Shown one piece after another: positions 1 through 9,626 of a stretch of DNA of 64,000 nucleotides (its first letter is position 1; every line of letters begins with the position of its first letter). The notes under the pieces are model-generated. The model was not told the origin of the DNA. It did no database searches and saw only the letters and a program-made list of their open reading frames with translations. Position numbers and translations under genes: made by a program. The DNA is from a virus. The stretch spans positions 7,647-71,646 of the IMG/VR virus record IMGVR_UViG_3300024264_000024. One strand, written 5' to 3'.

Positions 1-863
1 AAGCATTAGCTACTTTAGTCATTAATAAAATTAGAGGTGGTCTTAAGATAGCAGCTGTTAAAGCTCCTGGTTTTGGAGAAAGAAGAAAAGGGATGCTAGA
101 AGACTTAGCTGTATTAACAGGAGGGACTGTTATTTCTGAAGAGAATGGTGTAAAGCTTGAAGAAGCCACACTGGATTTATTAGGTACTGCAGAAACAATA
201 ACTATTGATAAAGACAATACTACAATTGTAAATGGTTTAGGTGATGCTGATTCTATTAAAGAAAGGGTTATGAACCTTCAGTTTCAAATTGATACATGTG
301 AAAATGAAAGTGATAAAGAAGTTTTACAACAACGTTTAGCTAAACTATCCGGTGGTGTTGCTGTACTTTATGTTGGTGCTGTATCAGAAATAGAAATGAG
401 AGAGAAAAAGGACCGTGTTGATGATGCTTTAGCAGCAACAAGAGCTGCAGTTGAAGAAGGTGTTGTTCCTGGTGGTGGTATTGCTTTAATAAGAGCAGGT
501 AAGATATTACATTCTTTTGAGTCTGATGTTCTTGATGAGGTAACCGGTGTTGATATTGTAAGAAGAGCCATCCGTGCACCATTTAAAACTATTTGTGATA
601 ATGCTGGTGTAAGTTCTGATGTCAAATTAGAGAGAATTATGAATGAACCAATTGGTACAGGTTATAATGCTAAGACAGATGAATTTGTAGATATGTTGGA
701 AGCAGGTATAGTTGATCCTAAAAAAGTAACAAGGGTAGCTCTAGAAAATGCTGCGTCAGTAGCTGGTATGATACTTACAACAGAATGTGCACTAGTTATT
801 GATGAAGATCCAATGGGTCCAACAATGGGAGGTATGCCAAGTATGCCAGGTATGCCATTTTAA
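1..863 (+). CDS. groEL: Chaperonin GroEL, C-terminal part (5' end outside window)
   Basis: Frame is open from the window start ([29 protein letters not shown]). Canonical motifs [42 protein letters not shown] and [27 protein letters not shown], plus a Gly/Met-rich tail. Confidence 0.97.
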   Translation, partial: ALATLVINKIRGGLKIAAVKAPGFGERRKGMLEDLAVLTGGTVISEENGVKLEEATLDLLGTAETITIDKDNTTIVNGLGDADSIKERVMNLQFQIDTCENESDKEVLQQRLAKLSGGVAVLYVGAVSEIEMREKKDRVDDALAATRAAVEEGVVPGGGIALIRAGKILHSFESDVLDEVTGVDIVRRAIRAPFKTICDNAGVSSDVKLERIMNEPIGTGYNAKTDEFVDMLEAGIVDPKKVTRVALENAASVAGMILTTECALVIDEDPMGPTMGGMPSMPGMPF

Positions 864-881
864 TAAACTAAAAACTAAATT

Positions 882-1181
882 ATGGATTATTTTGAATTAG
901 AATGTGCAGTTGAAAACTGGGCAGAAGAAAAAGGTATTCTTGCTAAAGCTACACCAATGGCCCAGTCATTGAAAACATTAGAAGAAACAACAGAACTTAT
1001 TACGGCTATCAATAATGATGACCGTGAAGAGATTATAGATGCTATGGGTGACATTATGGTCACCTTGATTATTCAAGCTAAGATGCAAAATCTTAGTTTG
1101 GAAGAATGTCTTGAAAGTGCTTACAATGTAATTACAAAACGTACAGGTAGAATGATTAATGGACAATTTGTAAAAGATTAG
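882..1181 (+). CDS. MazG-like nucleotide pyrophosphohydrolase
   Basis: Acidic ExxE...DxxGD motifs (KTLEETTEL...IIDAMGDIMVTL) and the C-terminus AYNVITKRTGRMINGQFVKD typical of phage MazG-like proteins. Confidence 0.85.
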   Translation: MDYFELECAVENWAEEKGILAKATPMAQSLKTLEETTELITAINNDDREEIIDAMGDIMVTLIIQAKMQNLSLEECLESAYNVITKRTGRMINGQFVKD

Positions 1182-1212
1182 TTTGCTGTGTCAGATTAAT
1201 TTATTATATTTA
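1182..1212 (+). promoter_or_regulatory. Bacteroidota sigma-A type promoter (-33/-7)
   Basis: TTTG (1182-1185), 19 nt spacer, TATATTTA (1205-1212). One mismatch to TTTG-N19-21-TAnnTTTG; 20 nt upstream of the ATG at 1233. Confidence 0.6.
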
Positions 1213-1232
1213 CACTTTAAAAGTTTATAACT

Positions 1233-2117
1233 ATGGGTTACAAAAAACCAAAAGATGTTACCAGAACATATCTGGAAAATACTCCCTTACCTAACCACGG
1301 TAAGAGCTATACAGTAGTATCACATAAGTCTGTGATAGACAATACATTAGCACTATTAGCTGCTGGTGGATTTACAATAGAAAAAGAAATATATAGAGCA
1401 AACATGAATGCCAATGTAGCACAAGGCATATATCATATCTATCCATCTCAAACAACTGATAAAGAAATTAGTGCTGAGAAAGAATTAGGAATGATGTTTG
1501 CCTGGACAAACTCTTATGATAAGAGTACAAGATTTCAGTGTGCAGTAGGTGCATATGTAGCAGTTTGCTATAATGGTATGATTGCTGGAGACATGATGAA
1601 CTTCAAAAGGAAGCACACTGGATCAGCAGATTATGATGTTAAAGTACATTTAGCTGATCAAATTAAGAATGCTGAAAAGTATTATAAGCGTATTATAGCA
1701 GATAAAGAAACCTTAAAGAGTGTGGGATTGTCTGCATGTCAGCAAGCTGAGCTTGTTGGTAGATTGTTTATTGAAGAAGATTTACTTGACTCACAACAAA
1801 TGAGCTGTGTTAAGTCTGAATTAGATAAACCATCTTATGATTATGAGACTGAATCTACTTCAGCATGGTCCTTTTACAATCATGTTACGCATGCATTAAA
1901 GAAAGCACATCCAAGAGATTGGTTGTCTGATCAGCAGAACTTCCATGATTTTATGACTGCCAACTGTTTGAATAACGGTTTGAATTTAAATGCATTTGAA
2001 ATAAATACTGACAATACTGATTTAGGTATTACTATGTCTGATACAGATAATGCAATTGAGATAGATGAAGACATTAGTCACTCTATATTAGTTCAAGATG
2101 TATATATGGGCAGATGA
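1233..2117 (+). CDS. DUF932-like phage protein
   Basis: WTNSYDKSTRFQCAVGAYVAVCYNGMI...FKRKHTG and SAWSFYNHVTHALK fit the DUF932/TIGR03299 pattern. Confidence 0.7.
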   Translation: MGYKKPKDVTRTYLENTPLPNHGKSYTVVSHKSVIDNTLALLAAGGFTIEKEIYRANMNANVAQGIYHIYPSQTTDKEISAEKELGMMFAWTNSYDKSTRFQCAVGAYVAVCYNGMIAGDMMNFKRKHTGSADYDVKVHLADQIKNAEKYYKRIIADKETLKSVGLSACQQAELVGRLFIEEDLLDSQQMSCVKSELDKPSYDYETESTSAWSFYNHVTHALKKAHPRDWLSDQQNFHDFMTANCLNNGLNLNAFEINTDNTDLGITMSDTDNAIEIDEDISHSILVQDVYMGR

Positions 2118-2194
2118 TTGAATTCCTTTGTATCATATTAGGAATTGTCTTTTGCATATGGCTAACAAGTAAGAATAAAATGAAACCATTTTAA
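2114..2194 (+). CDS. 26-aa membrane microprotein (not in ORF track)
   Basis: MIEFLCIILGIVFCIWLTSKNKMKPF; ATGA overlap with the upstream stop; one TM helix followed by a basic tail. Confidence 0.5.
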   Translation: MIEFLCIILGIVFCIWLTSKNKMKPF

Positions 2195-2206
2195 AGGGAA
2201 AACCAA

Positions 2207-2240
2207 CCGGGGTCTAAGTTTTTGCATTCTTAGGCTCCGG
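2207..2240 (+). other. GC-rich intergenic RNA hairpin
   Basis: ccggggtctaag / cttaggctccgg 12-bp stem with G-U pairs; no U-tract after it. Confidence 0.5.
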
Positions 2241-2254
2241 CCCTTACTGTTATT

Positions 2255-2473
2255 ATGAAAAGATTTATCATATTTACTATTGTCTGGATTAGTCAACAGC
2301 TTGCTATACCATTTTGGATAGTAGGACACATACATTTATCAATACATAACTATCAGGACCTATATGAAATATTAACTAGTATAGGCCTGCATGTTATTGT
2401 TGCAATTGGATTTATTATAGATTACAAATTAAACAGAGAAAACTACAAATTTCCTCCTTCTAAAAAAGAATAA
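2255..2473 (+). CDS. Small two-TM membrane protein
   Basis: 72 aa with two hydrophobic segments. Confidence 0.65.
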   Translation: MKRFIIFTIVWISQQLAIPFWIVGHIHLSIHNYQDLYEILTSIGLHVIVAIGFIIDYKLNRENYKFPPSKKE

Positions 2474-2476
2474 CAC

Positions 2477-2830
2477 ATGGACGCTAAAGATAGAAAAGAA
2501 AGACCAGTATTTACTGGCGTATTAAAATACTTCCCAGATGCTATTATGGAGATAGCAAGAGTTTCCTTACAAGGAAACAAACAACACCATCCAGATAAAC
2601 CATTACATTGGGATCGTAATAAGTCAACAGATGATTATGATGCATTGGCTAGACATTTAATTGACGCAGGAACTGTAGATGATGATGGAATTCGTCATAC
2701 TGCAAAAGTTGCTTGGCGTGCACTTGCATGCCTACAAAAAGAATTAGAAAATGAAAAAGAAAGTTTTTATGTAGAACAATATAATAGGAACCGTGGTACA
2801 ACGGATCACATTATAGCAGGAACAGAATAA
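2477..2830 (+). CDS. dATP/dGTP diphosphohydrolase-like (DUF5664) protein
   Basis: PVFTGVLKYFPDAIMEIARVSLQGNKQH...W...DALARHL...HTAKVAWRALA pattern. Confidence 0.75.
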   Translation: MDAKDRKERPVFTGVLKYFPDAIMEIARVSLQGNKQHHPDKPLHWDRNKSTDDYDALARHLIDAGTVDDDGIRHTAKVAWRALACLQKELENEKESFYVEQYNRNRGTTDHIIAGTE

Positions 2831-2836
2831 AAGAAA

Positions 2837-3016
2837 TTACTTTCCTTCGTACTGATCCTTTATTATACCATTCATAGTACCTAATACAGTAGTGTTTGGA
2901 TCAGGTCTAAAACCACCTTTACCTCCACCTTCTGAATACTTTACAATAGAACCAGATTCTCTTTTTATACCTGGTTCTACATTACCTAATACTTTATTTG
3001 TTTTTTCTTTTGACAT
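2837..3016 (-). CDS. 59-aa protein with YSEGG motif (not in ORF track)
   Basis: MSKEKTNKVLGNVEPGIKRESGSIVKYSEGGGKGGFRPDPNTTVLGTMNGIIKDQYEGK; last gene of the minus-strand operon. Confidence 0.65.
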   Translation of the reverse strand: MSKEKTNKVLGNVEPGIKRESGSIVKYSEGGGKGGFRPDPNTTVLGTMNGIIKDQYEGK

Positions 3017-3116
3017 AACCTTTTAGTTTTTGTTTTAACCATTCATAATCAGGATGAGATTTAGTAGCTAATAGTCTAAAAGAGATCTCATCTGCTAATT
3101 TATCTGCCTTATCCAT
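2994..3116 (-). CDS. 40-aa microprotein (not in ORF track)
   Basis: MDKADKLADEISFRLLATKSHPDYEWLKQKLKGYVKRKNK; TAATG overlap with the stop of 3116..6337. Confidence 0.55.
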   Translation of the reverse strand: MDKADKLADEISFRLLATKSHPDYEWLKQKLKGYVKRKNK

Positions 3117-6100
3117 TACAGTGTGTATCCAATATTATTTAATGCAGCTTTTACAATATTATAATAATACAGATTAGTATTACCATCAGCAATTTCTGCA
3201 TTATAAGTTAAATAAGTTGGAGACCCTGTTGACTCTGGGTACAACGTTTGTGTATTTATATTATATGCACTAGCTGCTGGTGGGAATCCAAATCCATTTG
3301 CAGTTACACCGCCCGTTGCCATTAAACCATTATCAGCTAATAAAGGATTAAGTTGTACTCCGTTTATTCCTGTGTTATAATCAACCGGGAAGAATATACC
3401 TCTATATATAGAATTGCTTCCTGATGCTGCTACTATGTTACTAATAAAGTTTTTAACGGTAGTTACATCATCTGTTATAGTAGTTACTGTACTATTGGCT
3501 CTATCTCCCCAATCTCCAGTACCATTACCTGCTAAATTATATGAACTTGATTCATCACCAAAACAAAGTAATTGTACTCTATCAGCATTTGGCCAAATTA
3601 ATTGATAATTAGTTCCATCTGCTGGAGTTCCGTTTTCACCTCCTGAGAAGAATGCTATCTGTCTTTCTTGATTTTGATGACACCAATAAACGTGTGTATT
3701 ATATTGATCACGTCCATTTGTAGCTGGGTCTCCATTTCCACTTGCTTCAGTTCCTCCTGTTGCATAGAAATCTTGAAGTAAGTTTCTGAAGTTAGCTGGA
3801 TCAGCATAATCTGCTGCCATTATAGCATTTGTTGTTTCAAATTTTACAATATCATTTTGATTAAGAGTATGTGGATTACTTAATACTGCCGTAGCTTGAT
3901 TAGGTATTGTCCCATCTGTATAAGATACTACAGTTGTTCCTGCTGGAACTCTAGCAGCTGCAGGCCCAACACCTACAACAGTCATACCTACTTGAACACA
4001 GTAAAATGATTTTGCTGTTTCACCATCTGCTGCATTAACTCTACCACTAGTTAAATTTGCTTGTAAAGTATTTCCAAACCTTAGAGTAGTTGTTCCGCTT
4101 CCAGTATTAGTATCAGTTATTCTAGTAATTACTTCTGGAACACTTGCCATTTTAGCAGTTCTTCTAATTGTAGTAACCATAGATCCTGAAGTATCACTCC
4201 AGTATTGGAAGTATGTGTTTACTGTAACACCTAATCCACCAATTGTAAAAGTTTGTGTGTCAGAACTTCCATCATTATCAGTTACGTTTAATACAACCGG
4301 GAAGTTACCTCCAGATGCTGGCATAATTCCACTTAAAGTTCCTGTACAGTCTCCATTGTTGGTAAAAGTTAACCATGATGGTAAACTTGGCGTTGAAAAA
4401 GATAATTGATTACACGGTGTATCATCATCAGCTACTGTCCAACTATAAGTCCACGTGTCTCCTCCTGTTAAATTAGGGTATGTACCGGCTGTTACTGGAT
4501 CAGTAGATGTCCAGATAACTGGATCTGCTACTGCTCTTACAGTTATAGTTTGTGTAGCTATATTACTATCACAATAGCCATCATTTACTGACCATTGGAA
4601 TGAAGTAACACCAAAAAAGTTAGGTTCTGGTGTATAAACCCAATTACCATTTGCAGGATCAAGAGTTATTGAACCCTCACCTGCGGGTATCTGAGTTACT
4701 AATGTATATGTTAAACCATATGAACCAAATCCATCATCATTTGCTATTACTGTACCACCTACTGAAGTATCTTCATCAATAGTAACAGTACCATTATTAG
4801 CTATAGGACATGTGTTTCCTGAATTAGACTTACAACATGCATCCCAGTATAACATATTGTTACCACCTGGTTTATCATAATTGATATAACTAAACTTCAC
4901 TGACTCACCAAATAAAAGACCTGATGTTGGGTATCCATTATCTAAACCAGGAGTCCAAGTAACAGTATTATCAAATAAGTTACCTACAGTACCCCATCCA
5001 TTAGGAAATCTAATAACATCATCTGGTAGTACAGATCCTTGTTGAATATTTTCTGCTACAACCACACCGTGTTGACCATCAGTTAAGTTGTCCATTCCTT
5101 TAATATCAACAAATGCTTGCTTAGATAAGTCTAAAGCTATGTATGCATTTAAAAAGGTTTGAGTCCATGTACCGGTTGGTCCACCATTAGCATTCATTGT
5201 TAATGTATCAAATCCTCTTTGAGGAATTATTGTTGATGCATCTCTGAACTTAACTTCATTAGCTGAACCACTATCTCTTACTAATACTTCTGTAAGAGTA
5301 TCATCTTGTGTAACTGTGTCTAGTCTTACTTCACCTGTTTGATGTAATTTACCATCATTTTTTACTTCAGTAGCTGGTGTACCTAATCCATCACCATCTT
5401 GAATCATTAATGAGCAACCTATAGTTTCATTATCAGGTGCCCATAAAGGAATTCTAAATACTTCACATAATACATCAGGTAATTGAACTGATGGATTATC
5501 TTGCCATGCAAAAGTGACTCCGTCAGATATAAGAATCTGATCTGCAGTACCAATAGCTAACTCTTGCTTTAAATTATTTATATTACCTTGCCATAAGCTT
5601 CCATAAGTTAAAGCTTCTACTACATCATCATCAGACCATACTACTCTTCCGTCAGCTAAACCTACAAGTACTTGAGATAGTTGACCTACATTTCCTTGTG
5701 AATCAGTTATTGGTCCATTAAGTACAGTATTAGAGTTTATTGTTGTAGTTGTAGGAGGTACTGGAGCCATTGTAATACTACCATGTTGTACATTTACTAA
5801 TGCAGTAAATGTAACTCCATCCATTGTAAAGTTACCATCATCTTCTAACTCTCCGTTTGGTCCTACAATAACTATTCTATCTTCAGTTAAGTCTAATATA
5901 TTAGCTGAACCTGCTGTGAGCTGTAAATTTACATTTGCGTTTTGATCAACCTGTAAGTCTCCTTCTACAGTAGCATCTCCTTCAACAACAAGATTACCAT
6001 TATTAATAGTAATAGTATCACCAAGAGCGTTCTGAGTTATGATTGAGTCCATAACAGTGTCCCATGCACAACTTCCTTCTGGTACAGTATAAACTGGTAC

Positions 6101-6337
6101 AAAACCTAAATTACCAGAACCTGGTTGTGTTCTAGTAAGATTTTCAGTTGCTTGACATACAAGATCACCCCATTTAACTACAAAAGGTTCCATTCTTGGA
6201 CCGTAGGTACCTGCATTGTTTAAAGAACTATTTTGATATAGTTTACCAAATTCAAAATGATCTCTTTGTTTATCAAGGACCAGTTTCTTTTTGTTTCTTT
6301 TTAGTAGGCCTAAGACCTCTTGTATGTATACACTCAT
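3116..6337 (-). CDS. Fibre/adhesin-like virion protein with cadherin-like (Big_9), putative Ig and vWA-like domains
   Basis: N-terminal helix shared with two paralogues. Big_9-like PIANNGTVTIDED...WVYTPEPNFFGVTSFQWSVNDG; He_PIG-like SLPSWLTF...GTLSG; MIDAS-like DTSGS. Confidence 0.7.
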   Translation of the reverse strand: MSVYIQEVLGLLKRNKKKLVLDKQRDHFEFGKLYQNSSLNNAGTYGPRMEPFVVKWGDLVCQATENLTRTQPGSGNLGFVPVYTVPEGSCAWDTVMDSIITQNALGDTITINNGNLVVEGDATVEGDLQVDQNANVNLQLTAGSANILDLTEDRIVIVGPNGELEDDGNFTMDGVTFTALVNVQHGSITMAPVPPTTTTINSNTVLNGPITDSQGNVGQLSQVLVGLADGRVVWSDDDVVEALTYGSLWQGNINNLKQELAIGTADQILISDGVTFAWQDNPSVQLPDVLCEVFRIPLWAPDNETIGCSLMIQDGDGLGTPATEVKNDGKLHQTGEVRLDTVTQDDTLTEVLVRDSGSANEVKFRDASTIIPQRGFDTLTMNANGGPTGTWTQTFLNAYIALDLSKQAFVDIKGMDNLTDGQHGVVVAENIQQGSVLPDDVIRFPNGWGTVGNLFDNTVTWTPGLDNGYPTSGLLFGESVKFSYINYDKPGGNNMLYWDACCKSNSGNTCPIANNGTVTIDEDTSVGGTVIANDDGFGSYGLTYTLVTQIPAGEGSITLDPANGNWVYTPEPNFFGVTSFQWSVNDGYCDSNIATQTITVRAVADPVIWTSTDPVTAGTYPNLTGGDTWTYSWTVADDDTPCNQLSFSTPSLPSWLTFTNNGDCTGTLSGIMPASGGNFPVVLNVTDNDGSSDTQTFTIGGLGVTVNTYFQYWSDTSGSMVTTIRRTAKMASVPEVITRITDTNTGSGTTTLRFGNTLQANLTSGRVNAADGETAKSFYCVQVGMTVVGVGPAAARVPAGTTVVSYTDGTIPNQATAVLSNPHTLNQNDIVKFETTNAIMAADYADPANFRNLLQDFYATGGTEASGNGDPATNGRDQYNTHVYWCHQNQERQIAFFSGGENGTPADGTNYQLIWPNADRVQLLCFGDESSSYNLAGNGTGDWGDRANSTVTTITDDVTTVKNFISNIVAASGSNSIYRGIFFPVDYNTGINGVQLNPLLADNGLMATGGVTANGFGFPPAASAYNINTQTLYPESTGSPTYLTYNAEIADGNTNLYYYNIVKAALNNIGYTL

Positions 6338-6357
6338 TTTATTTCTTTTTTATACTT

Positions 6358-9321
6358 TTATTTTGCTACTGTTGGATAAAATCTAATTTCAATATTACCT
6401 TGATGTAAGCCCATTGTAGTTGGTGTATTGTCTTCATTTAGAAAATCAATCTCAACTGTACGTGGTCCACTTATTGAAACAGGAACTTCTCTAAAATATA
6501 GTTCTGCAGGATCAATTCCTTCTGTTATTGTAGATCTACCACCTACTAAACACCATATAGTTTTAGTACGTGCATCTTCACATGCAGTTGTAGGTTGACC
6601 TGGTGCATGTATAGTAAAAGTGTACTGACCTACTTTTGATAGAGTACAAGTAATTTCACAGCCTGTTGTGTTTTCTAACTGAGTCAATGTGATAGGAGCA
6701 CCTTTTGGGTGAGTCCATGTTGCAACGTATGTTTCATAAGGTAGAACAGCACCGCCTGATCCATTACTAGCTGCAGTAACTTGACCTTGTGCATTTACTG
6801 TAATATTAGCATTTGTATAAGCACCTGCAGTTACAGCAGTGTTATCTAAGTCAACTGTTAATGTATCTGTTGCAGTTACTGTAGTTGTTAAACCAACACC
6901 ACCAGCAATCTTTGCTGTGTTTCCATCTTTAATATCTTCAGAAGTTCCTAAGTCACCACCAAGCAACCAACCATCATATGCAGTAGGTATTGTTGGGAAT
7001 GTTTGTAGTTTAAAAGTACCATCTATGTATTGTGCTGTAGTACCTTGAACGTCCCAATTAAGTTGTGTATTTGGACCATTTAAGTTAACTTCTGTTAAAG
7101 TCATTGCTACATTTGCACCGCTTGGCCATGATGTACTTAATGACTCAATACCTGAAGCTGATTGAGCAAAATCAATTATAGCATCTATACCTCCAGTACC
7201 GTTAGACATTGTAACTCCTGGACCTGTAAACTCAAATTTACCTATTTTGGTAGAACTACCTACTTTGATACTATTTACAATTGATGGAAGACTTGTATTT
7301 AGTTGTATTGTTTTAATCCCACTACCATCAGTAGATGTAGTTTGAGATATACCAGAACCCATACTTATTTTGTCAAGCCAGTAACCTGCTTGAGTATCTG
7401 CTGCATCAATTTTAAATTTTTCATCAGTTGATACCCCACTTGTTGACCAAGGTACATTTACAACTAATTGATCATCTGAATTAAATTGAACACCGTATGT
7501 TCTATCTTTAACAGTTGATACTGCCTCAGCTGCTTCAAGCTGTACTGTATCATCCCATAATTTACCTGTTCCAGTTACCGTAGATGTCATCACTGGTACT
7601 GCTGCAGGAATAACAGGGAATGTTTCTAATGCACCATCACCTCTAACATATTGACCTGGTACCCCTTTAAATTCTAAAGTTAAGAAAGGTGTAGTAGTTG
7701 AATTTGCTACAGCAGGTACTATTGAATCTGCTATACCTGGAGTTACATCACATCCAAAGTCAGTTACAGTCCCAACATTACCTCCTGGAACTGCTGCCCA
7801 AGTATTATCACCTCTTAAGAAAGTTGTACTATCTGCAGTTCCTGTTGCTGAAAGATCTGCTGTAACAACAACAGCTCCACTTGTAGCAGATGCAGGTGTA
7901 AGTGCTATAAATGTACCATCTGTAGTATCTACTGTCTCAACTATATTTGCTGGTACACTTGGAATAGAAGGGAAAGCTTGTAAAGCACCTGTCCCATCTA
8001 TATAATCTGTTGTTGCTCCTGCACCTGCAAGAGTTAATACTCCACTAGTTGTTACAGGACTATTAGTTACAGTGAATGCTGAAGGTGCAGCTAAACCAAC
8101 ACTAGTTACTGTTCCACCACTTGCTGGAAAAGTAGATATTAATCCTTTTTTAATATCACCATTATCACTAGAATCACTAAACCAAATGTAATCCTCTGCT
8201 GTTGGTGCCACTGTAGGTGCAATAATTATTGCATTACTAGGTCCTGCATATTCTACGTTTACTACTGGATCAGTAGCTGTACCTGTTACAACTATTCCGT
8301 TACCTTCTGTTACACTTGTAACTGTTCCTCCACCACCTGATCCTTCAACCCATGGTACATTAACAACAAGTTGGTCTGCATCATTAAATTGAACTCCATA
8401 TGTTCTTTCACCTATTTCTGATACAGCTGCTGCTGGTTGTACTTGTACAATATCACTCCATAGTTTACCAGTACCAAAAACGGTTGATGTCATTTTTGGT
8501 ACAGTTGACTCTCTAGGTAAGGTTACTGTTTTAACATTTACTGCTGTTGGGTGTCCTGTTGCATCTTGTGTAATAGAATCTACTACTGTAAATGTATCTC
8601 CACCTGCTGGTGATACTGCTGATGTTGTATCAGTTCTAGTTGTATTATCATGACTAAATGTAACTGATTGATTTCCACTGCTAGCTATAGAAGTAAGCTT
8701 TGTTCCTCCTATAAATAAAACACTTTCTCCATCTGTTACTGAAAAACCACCTTCACCACCTACATTCCATGAGCTCATTGATCCAACTATTGGAAAAGTT
8801 TCTAAGTCTCCAGCACCATTAACATACTGAGTTGCATTACCTAAATAATTAAATGTAAGAACACCTGAAGTTGTAACAGGACCTCCAGAGACTGCAATTG
8901 CATTTCCATTAGTAGCAGCGTCTACACTAGTAACAGTTCCAACAAACTGATCTGTACTATTTATAGTAACATTATTAGAGCCATCATCAACTAAAGAGAT
9001 GTTTGTACCACCAATAAGTTTTACTATATCTATAGTAGCATCTGACCCTGTAAGTATTAAGTTAACAGAACCATCTATATTTCCTGCACTACTATAATCA
9101 TATGTAGTATTACCACCACCAGCAATAACTGCTGCAAGATCATATATAGAAATTAACTCTTGTTCTAGTTTTGGCAGGTATGCCATAACATTTAAAGAAC
9201 TATCTACTTTAGTAGATAAAATTAAGTAATCTTCCTTACCATCTTTATTAAGATCATATGGTTTTGGTGCGTATTTCTTTTTGGAAAATAATCCAATTAC
9301 GTCTTGCAGTAGTGAACCCAT
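6358..9321 (-). CDS. Tail fibre-like protein with internal repeats
   Basis: Gly/Thr/Ser-rich; GTVTSV and G..QY..G.G.L.TFP repeats; duplicated ~50-aa module; VTAGAYTNANITVNAQGQVTAASNG fibre motif. Confidence 0.8.
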   Translation of the reverse strand: MGSLLQDVIGLFSKKKYAPKPYDLNKDGKEDYLILSTKVDSSLNVMAYLPKLEQELISIYDLAAVIAGGGNTTYDYSSAGNIDGSVNLILTGSDATIDIVKLIGGTNISLVDDGSNNVTINSTDQFVGTVTSVDAATNGNAIAVSGGPVTTSGVLTFNYLGNATQYVNGAGDLETFPIVGSMSSWNVGGEGGFSVTDGESVLFIGGTKLTSIASSGNQSVTFSHDNTTRTDTTSAVSPAGGDTFTVVDSITQDATGHPTAVNVKTVTLPRESTVPKMTSTVFGTGKLWSDIVQVQPAAAVSEIGERTYGVQFNDADQLVVNVPWVEGSGGGGTVTSVTEGNGIVVTGTATDPVVNVEYAGPSNAIIIAPTVAPTAEDYIWFSDSSDNGDIKKGLISTFPASGGTVTSVGLAAPSAFTVTNSPVTTSGVLTLAGAGATTDYIDGTGALQAFPSIPSVPANIVETVDTTDGTFIALTPASATSGAVVVTADLSATGTADSTTFLRGDNTWAAVPGGNVGTVTDFGCDVTPGIADSIVPAVANSTTTPFLTLEFKGVPGQYVRGDGALETFPVIPAAVPVMTSTVTGTGKLWDDTVQLEAAEAVSTVKDRTYGVQFNSDDQLVVNVPWSTSGVSTDEKFKIDAADTQAGYWLDKISMGSGISQTTSTDGSGIKTIQLNTSLPSIVNSIKVGSSTKIGKFEFTGPGVTMSNGTGGIDAIIDFAQSASGIESLSTSWPSGANVAMTLTEVNLNGPNTQLNWDVQGTTAQYIDGTFKLQTFPTIPTAYDGWLLGGDLGTSEDIKDGNTAKIAGGVGLTTTVTATDTLTVDLDNTAVTAGAYTNANITVNAQGQVTAASNGSGGAVLPYETYVATWTHPKGAPITLTQLENTTGCEITCTLSKVGQYTFTIHAPGQPTTACEDARTKTIWCLVGGRSTITEGIDPAELYFREVPVSISGPRTVEIDFLNEDNTPTTMGLHQGNIEIRFYPTVAK

Positions 9322-9332
9322 TTTTTTTTATT

Positions 9333-9536
9333 TTATTTACAATATCCACTTTTGAAAGCAGCAGATTGAACTGGCTCACTTGCTCTAGTAGATTTTTGTG
9401 GTGGATTTAAATTTGTTTTCTTAGCCAATTTAATTCTTGCTTCAACCTTTCTTCTATTCTTTTTTTGCTGTATAGCTTGTGGAATAGATGTAGGGTTAAA
9501 ATAACCGTTAGTTACTTCTTTTATTTTTTTTGCCAT
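9333..9536 (-). CDS. Small basic hypothetical protein
   Basis: 67 aa, Lys-rich, in a tightly packed operon. Confidence 0.65.
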   Translation of the reverse strand: MAKKIKEVTNGYFNPTSIPQAIQQKKNRRKVEARIKLAKKTNLNPPQKSTRASEPVQSAAFKSGYCK

Positions 9537-9538
9537 GA

Positions 9539-9622
9539 CTATTTATTTTTTACGTGAGAGCCATCACAATTTCCACTTGGATCTTGTGATTGTCCACATT
9601 TACATTTTACTTTGTTTTCCAT
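9539..9622 (-). CDS. 27-aa CDGSH iron-sulfur microprotein (not in ORF track)
   Basis: MENKVKCKCGQSQDPSGNCDGSHVKNK contains C-x-C-x2-S...C-D-G-S-H and fills the gap between two genes exactly. Confidence 0.8.
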   Translation of the reverse strand: MENKVKCKCGQSQDPSGNCDGSHVKNK

Positions 9623-9626
9623 AATC

